From Paraphysomonas bandaiensis (lineage: Eukaryota; Protista; Chrysophyceae): a stretch of 10,858 bases of DNA. Where the stretch lies: assembly GCA_965644295.1 (NCBI GenBank), contig CBFFRP010000562.1, forward strand, positions 1 to 10,858. Reading direction: 5' to 3'. The number at the start of each line of letters is the position of its first letter. The stretch's first letter is position 1. Positions 7,990 through 10,858 of this stretch are shown here, piece by piece. The translations under genes were made by a program, and so were the position numbers. The notes below the pieces were generated by a model, which made no database searches, had not been told where the DNA came from, and was given only the letters and a program-made list of their open reading frames with translations.

Positions 7990-8400
7990 TCACACTCAAT
8001 AATCAATTAGTAAATTGACTTATTCATTCTTTGTCATTCTTTACAATTATATTCTCTCAACTTCCAATCAATATTATTCGATCTTAGATATATATATATT
8101 ATTATGTAGTCAATGTAATATATTTTTGGGTTAGTTCATAATATATATTATTTATGTTCTCTAACATAATTCATAGTATACCATCATATATATATAATAT
8201 TAAACCATTAGTAGTTCATGTACTGCAGTTCTAAACACCTGTATTCTTAAACTAGCAGGTATATAGTTCAAATATATATATAGTTAAAAGTACGGATTTT
8301 AATTTCTCAAACAAATAGTTCTTTAGAGGTAGTTTCTCTAGGAATATACCTATATATAATATATAGGTAGATAGGTAGGTACCTAATCATCAGGGCCTAT
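7990..8400. other. AT-rich low-complexity tract with several short (TA)n runs
   Basis: TATATATA runs near 8088-8099, 8186-8196, 8272-8282 and 8351-8365. No ORF. Confidence 0.7.
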
Positions 8401-8534
8401 GGCCATATATGAGAGTAGTAGCATCCCAAAACATCATGTCACTAGCTCGAAGGAATAGAAACAATTCTAGACGACGATATGGATTCATGCGCAAGTGTCA
8501 TATCACCAACATTGCACGACTAAATATCCCCCTC

Positions 8535-8683
8535 AACAAAGTCGGACTCGCACCTTTTCGTGGTGTTCTGGGGGATAAGTACCGGAGAGATTCTCTCTGT
8601 GAAACTAACGTGAGCCGCAAACATAGTCAGCAGATATTCTTCTGCCCACTCATAGCCGAATGCATGTGTGGTACAAGGGACAC
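8535..8683. repeat. Dispersed direct repeat, copy 2
   Basis: Aligns with 7835-7958 and carries an extra 27 nt at ~8570-8596. Confidence 0.85.
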
Positions 8684-9068
8684 CAATCAGTGTCACTTGT
8701 AAGTCGAGGTAATACCAAAACCTGGTAAAGCAATTTCACCAGGTTTCATATATAAGTATTGAGTTATTATTTTACTGTAATTTGTATCTGAGAGGTTAAA
8801 GATAAAGAAAAAGTCGCAAGTATAGTTGTTATTAGCAGTATTTATTGCGTTAAAAGTTGGCCCTGCTATTATTACTTGTGTTTTGTAATATCATATTCTC
8901 ATATAGCTACACCTGCTTCGCTTGAGACTGCAAACGCTCCAACCGAATAGCCTGATTTCGGATACATTGCATACGCATATAGCCATCTTTACCACTACTA
9001 CTTACAGTAGTATTAGTACCTATGCTCGGAAACGACGCGGCAACAGCCGCTGGGGGCACATTGCTAGT

Positions 9069-9106
9069 AGGTGGAGGATCATAAGCAGGTGAAGGATCAT
9101 AAGCAG
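9069..9106. repeat. 18-bp tandem duplication
   Basis: AGGTGGAGGATCATAAGC AGGTGAAGGATCATAAGC AG. Confidence 0.8.
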
Positions 9107-9207
9107 TTAGTACAGTGTATAGTAACAACGCACAACAATAATCAGAACAATACCGCATATATACGACATACGACCCCGTCACCATCTTTATGAACAGTAT
9201 TACTTAC

Positions 9208-9309
9208 CCTGCTCGTGCGCTTTCGTGGTATCTCTTCCTCCGCCTCCGGGTCGTCGTTGGATATGTCGCCACGAATGTTGACAACATTCTTCTTCCCGTT
9301 GCACTTCTC
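9208..9309 (-). other. Putative 102-nt spliceosomal exon (repeated at 9433-9534, partial at 9658-9721)
   Basis: On the minus strand: acceptor GGTGTAG| before it, donor |GTAAGT after it (9207-9202), and branch point CACTAAC at 9337-9331. Stop-free, and its length is a multiple of 3. Confidence 0.6.
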
Positions 9310-9432
9310 CTACACCATAATATGTACACAGTTAGTGCAGTGTATAGTAACAACGCACAACAATAATCAGAACAATACCGCATATATACGACATACGACC
9401 CCGTCACCATCTTTATGAACAGTATTACTTAC
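9310..9432 (-). other. Putative 123-nt GT-AG intron (repeated at 9535-9657; related 144-nt intron at 9064-9207)
   Basis: GTAAGT...CACTAAC...GTAG. The 9064-9207 copy has TACTAAC, a pyrimidine-rich tract and CTAG. Confidence 0.6.
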
Positions 9433-9723
9433 CCTGCTCGTGCACTTTCGTGGTATCTCTTCCTCCGCCTCCGGGTCGTCGTTGGATATGTCGCCACGAA
9501 TGTTGACAACATTCTTCTTCCCGTTGCACTTCTCCTACACCATAATATGTACACAGTTAGTGCAGTGTATAGTAACAACGCACAACAATAATCAGAACAA
9601 TACCGCATATATACGACATACGACCCCGTCACCATCTTTATGAGCAGTATTGCTTACCCTGCTCGTGCACTTTCGTGGTATCTCTTCCTCCGCCTCCGGG
9701 TCGTCGTTGGATATGTCGCCATG

Positions 9724-10030
9724 TCTGAGAGTGGTATCAGCTCTGCAGCAATCTGATGTATGTGTACGTGTCTGTCTGTCTGTCTGTGTGCTCAGGAGGT
9801 GTGATCCACACAACAATGAACACCTCATCCGATAAACCACACCTCCTGAGCACTCCTCACTGTCATCAACAATGTCACCATATTAACATCAGAAGATACT
9901 AACTCAGAAGATACATGCATCACTCTATATGTATGCATGTGTATGGTGTGTTAAGTTATGCATATATATATATTATTGTCATGATGTGCGTGTTGTAAGC
10001 ACTGCTCGTGCAGTGTGGTTGCGGTGTAGT
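9724..10030. repeat. ~305-bp direct repeat, copy 1 (possible small non-autonomous element)
   Basis: Aligns end to end with 10277-10578. 9777-9881 is identical to 10330-10434, while the flanking parts are diverged and microsatellite-rich. Confidence 0.9.
9788..9853. repeat. Perfect 16-bp inverted repeat with 34-nt spacer (identical copy at 10341-10406)
   Basis: GTGCTCAGGAGGTGTG (9788-9803) ... CACACCTCCTGAGCAC (9838-9853). Confidence 0.9.
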
Positions 10031-10276
10031 ATGATGGGTTCAATGTTCAGGTGGGCTCAAAGCAGGGGGAATAGGAAGTGTTCTAACGTGCACAATCAAA
10101 CGATGTTATAATGTTTCGTCTGCTTGTACTTGTTGGACCTCTCTACACGAGTCCACACTCCTCAATCCACTGTATGAGGCTCTGTGCTACAGCCTCGTGA
10201 CCAAACACTGTCATGAAGACCTTCCTGGAAGGCAGTTATAAGCCTGCAACTCTGAACCACATAGTAAGAAGTGTCA

Positions 10277-10578
10277 TCTGAGAGTGGTGTGACCTCTGCA
10301 GCATTCGGAGGTGTGTGTATGTATGTGTGTGTCTGTCTGTGTGCTCAGGAGGTGTGATCCACACAACAATGAACACCTCATCCGATAAACCACACCTCCT
10401 GAGCACTCCTCACTGTCATCAACAATGTCACCATCTAAGCACCAGAAGATACTGACTCAGAAGATCCATCCCTCTATATGTATGTATGTGTGTGTGTGTG
10501 TGTTAAGTTATGCATATGTATTATGGTCAAGATGTGCGTGTTGTAGTCACTGCTCGTGCAGTGTGGTTGCGGCGTAGT
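10277..10578. repeat. ~305-bp direct repeat, copy 2
   Basis: Aligns with 9724-10030 at an offset of about 550 bp. Confidence 0.9.
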
Positions 10579-10820
10579 GTATGCACACCGCGTCCTCACC
10601 ACACACTCATGACGCGTGTTCGACGCTCTTGTGGGGCGTTTTTGGTCAAATTCAAATTTTTTTTGTACGTGTTTTTCTATATGTTATGCTGCGCCGTGCT
10701 CGATCTGGGCGCACATGCATGTCTAGATGTGTCCGGTGCGAGGAACATATTTTGAAATGCATGCACTTCATCTCCATGTGCAGTTAGTTTCTATCACATC
10801 AACACCATATCAATAGTAGC

Positions 10821-10844
10821 ATGTGATGTGATGTGATGTGATGT
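10821..10844. repeat. (ATGTG)n microsatellite, ~4.8 units
   Basis: ATGTGATGTGATGTGATGTGATGT. Confidence 0.85.
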
Positions 10845-10858
10845 CATCTGGGACACAC

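Larger units (their letters stand above)
9104..9721. repeat. 225-bp tandem repeat, ~2.75 near-identical copies
   Basis: The unit start CAGTTAGT recurs at 9104, 9329 and 9554. Only a few substitutions separate the copies. Confidence 0.95.

Noticed and set aside
8347-8369. 11-bp palindrome TACCTATATAT-A-ATATATAGGTA
   Set aside because: Mostly a TA run, so self-complementarity is expected by chance.
8409-8702. 97-aa plus-strand ORF with VLGDK, reminiscent of a Harbinger-type transposase GDxGY motif
   Set aside because: The motif is incomplete and there are no other transposase features.
9104-9721. CRISPR-like array
   Set aside because: Whole 225-bp units are repeated with no unique spacers, in a eukaryotic context with no cas genes.
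9788-9853. 66-bp MITE defined by the 16-bp inverted repeat
   Set aside because: No TSD, and both copies share identical flanks, so it did not insert independently.
8907-10787. Small ORFs of 60-92 aa in the repeat region as stand-alone genes
   Set aside because: They read through intron-like or microsatellite sequence and show no recognisable domains.

Overview
Eukaryotic, repeat-rich window; the host cannot be named from sequence, but a protist is plausible. The left 7.4 kb holds two long, uninterrupted minus-strand retroelement ORFs in tandem. The first (150-3188) is a Ty1/copia Gag-protease-integrase polyprotein that stops before any RT/RNase H. The second (3675-7100, frame open to 7223) is a non-LTR (LINE-type) RT-RNase H-zinc-finger protein with no endonuclease. 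Each ORF lacks what the other supplies. Each is also preceded on the minus strand by a diverged copy of the same ~150-170-nt non-coding module (3428-3595, 7279-7424). This is the main candidate for an undescribed bipartite or chimeric retroelement, although chance nesting of two truncated elements is not excluded. To the right lie: a decayed plus-strand copia RNase H; a duplicated ~125-150-bp segment; an AT-rich tract; a 225-bp tandem repeat whose unit is exactly one 102-nt exon plus one 123-nt GT-AG intron; and two ~305-bp repeats carrying a perfect 16-bp inverted repeat and Helitron-like ends.
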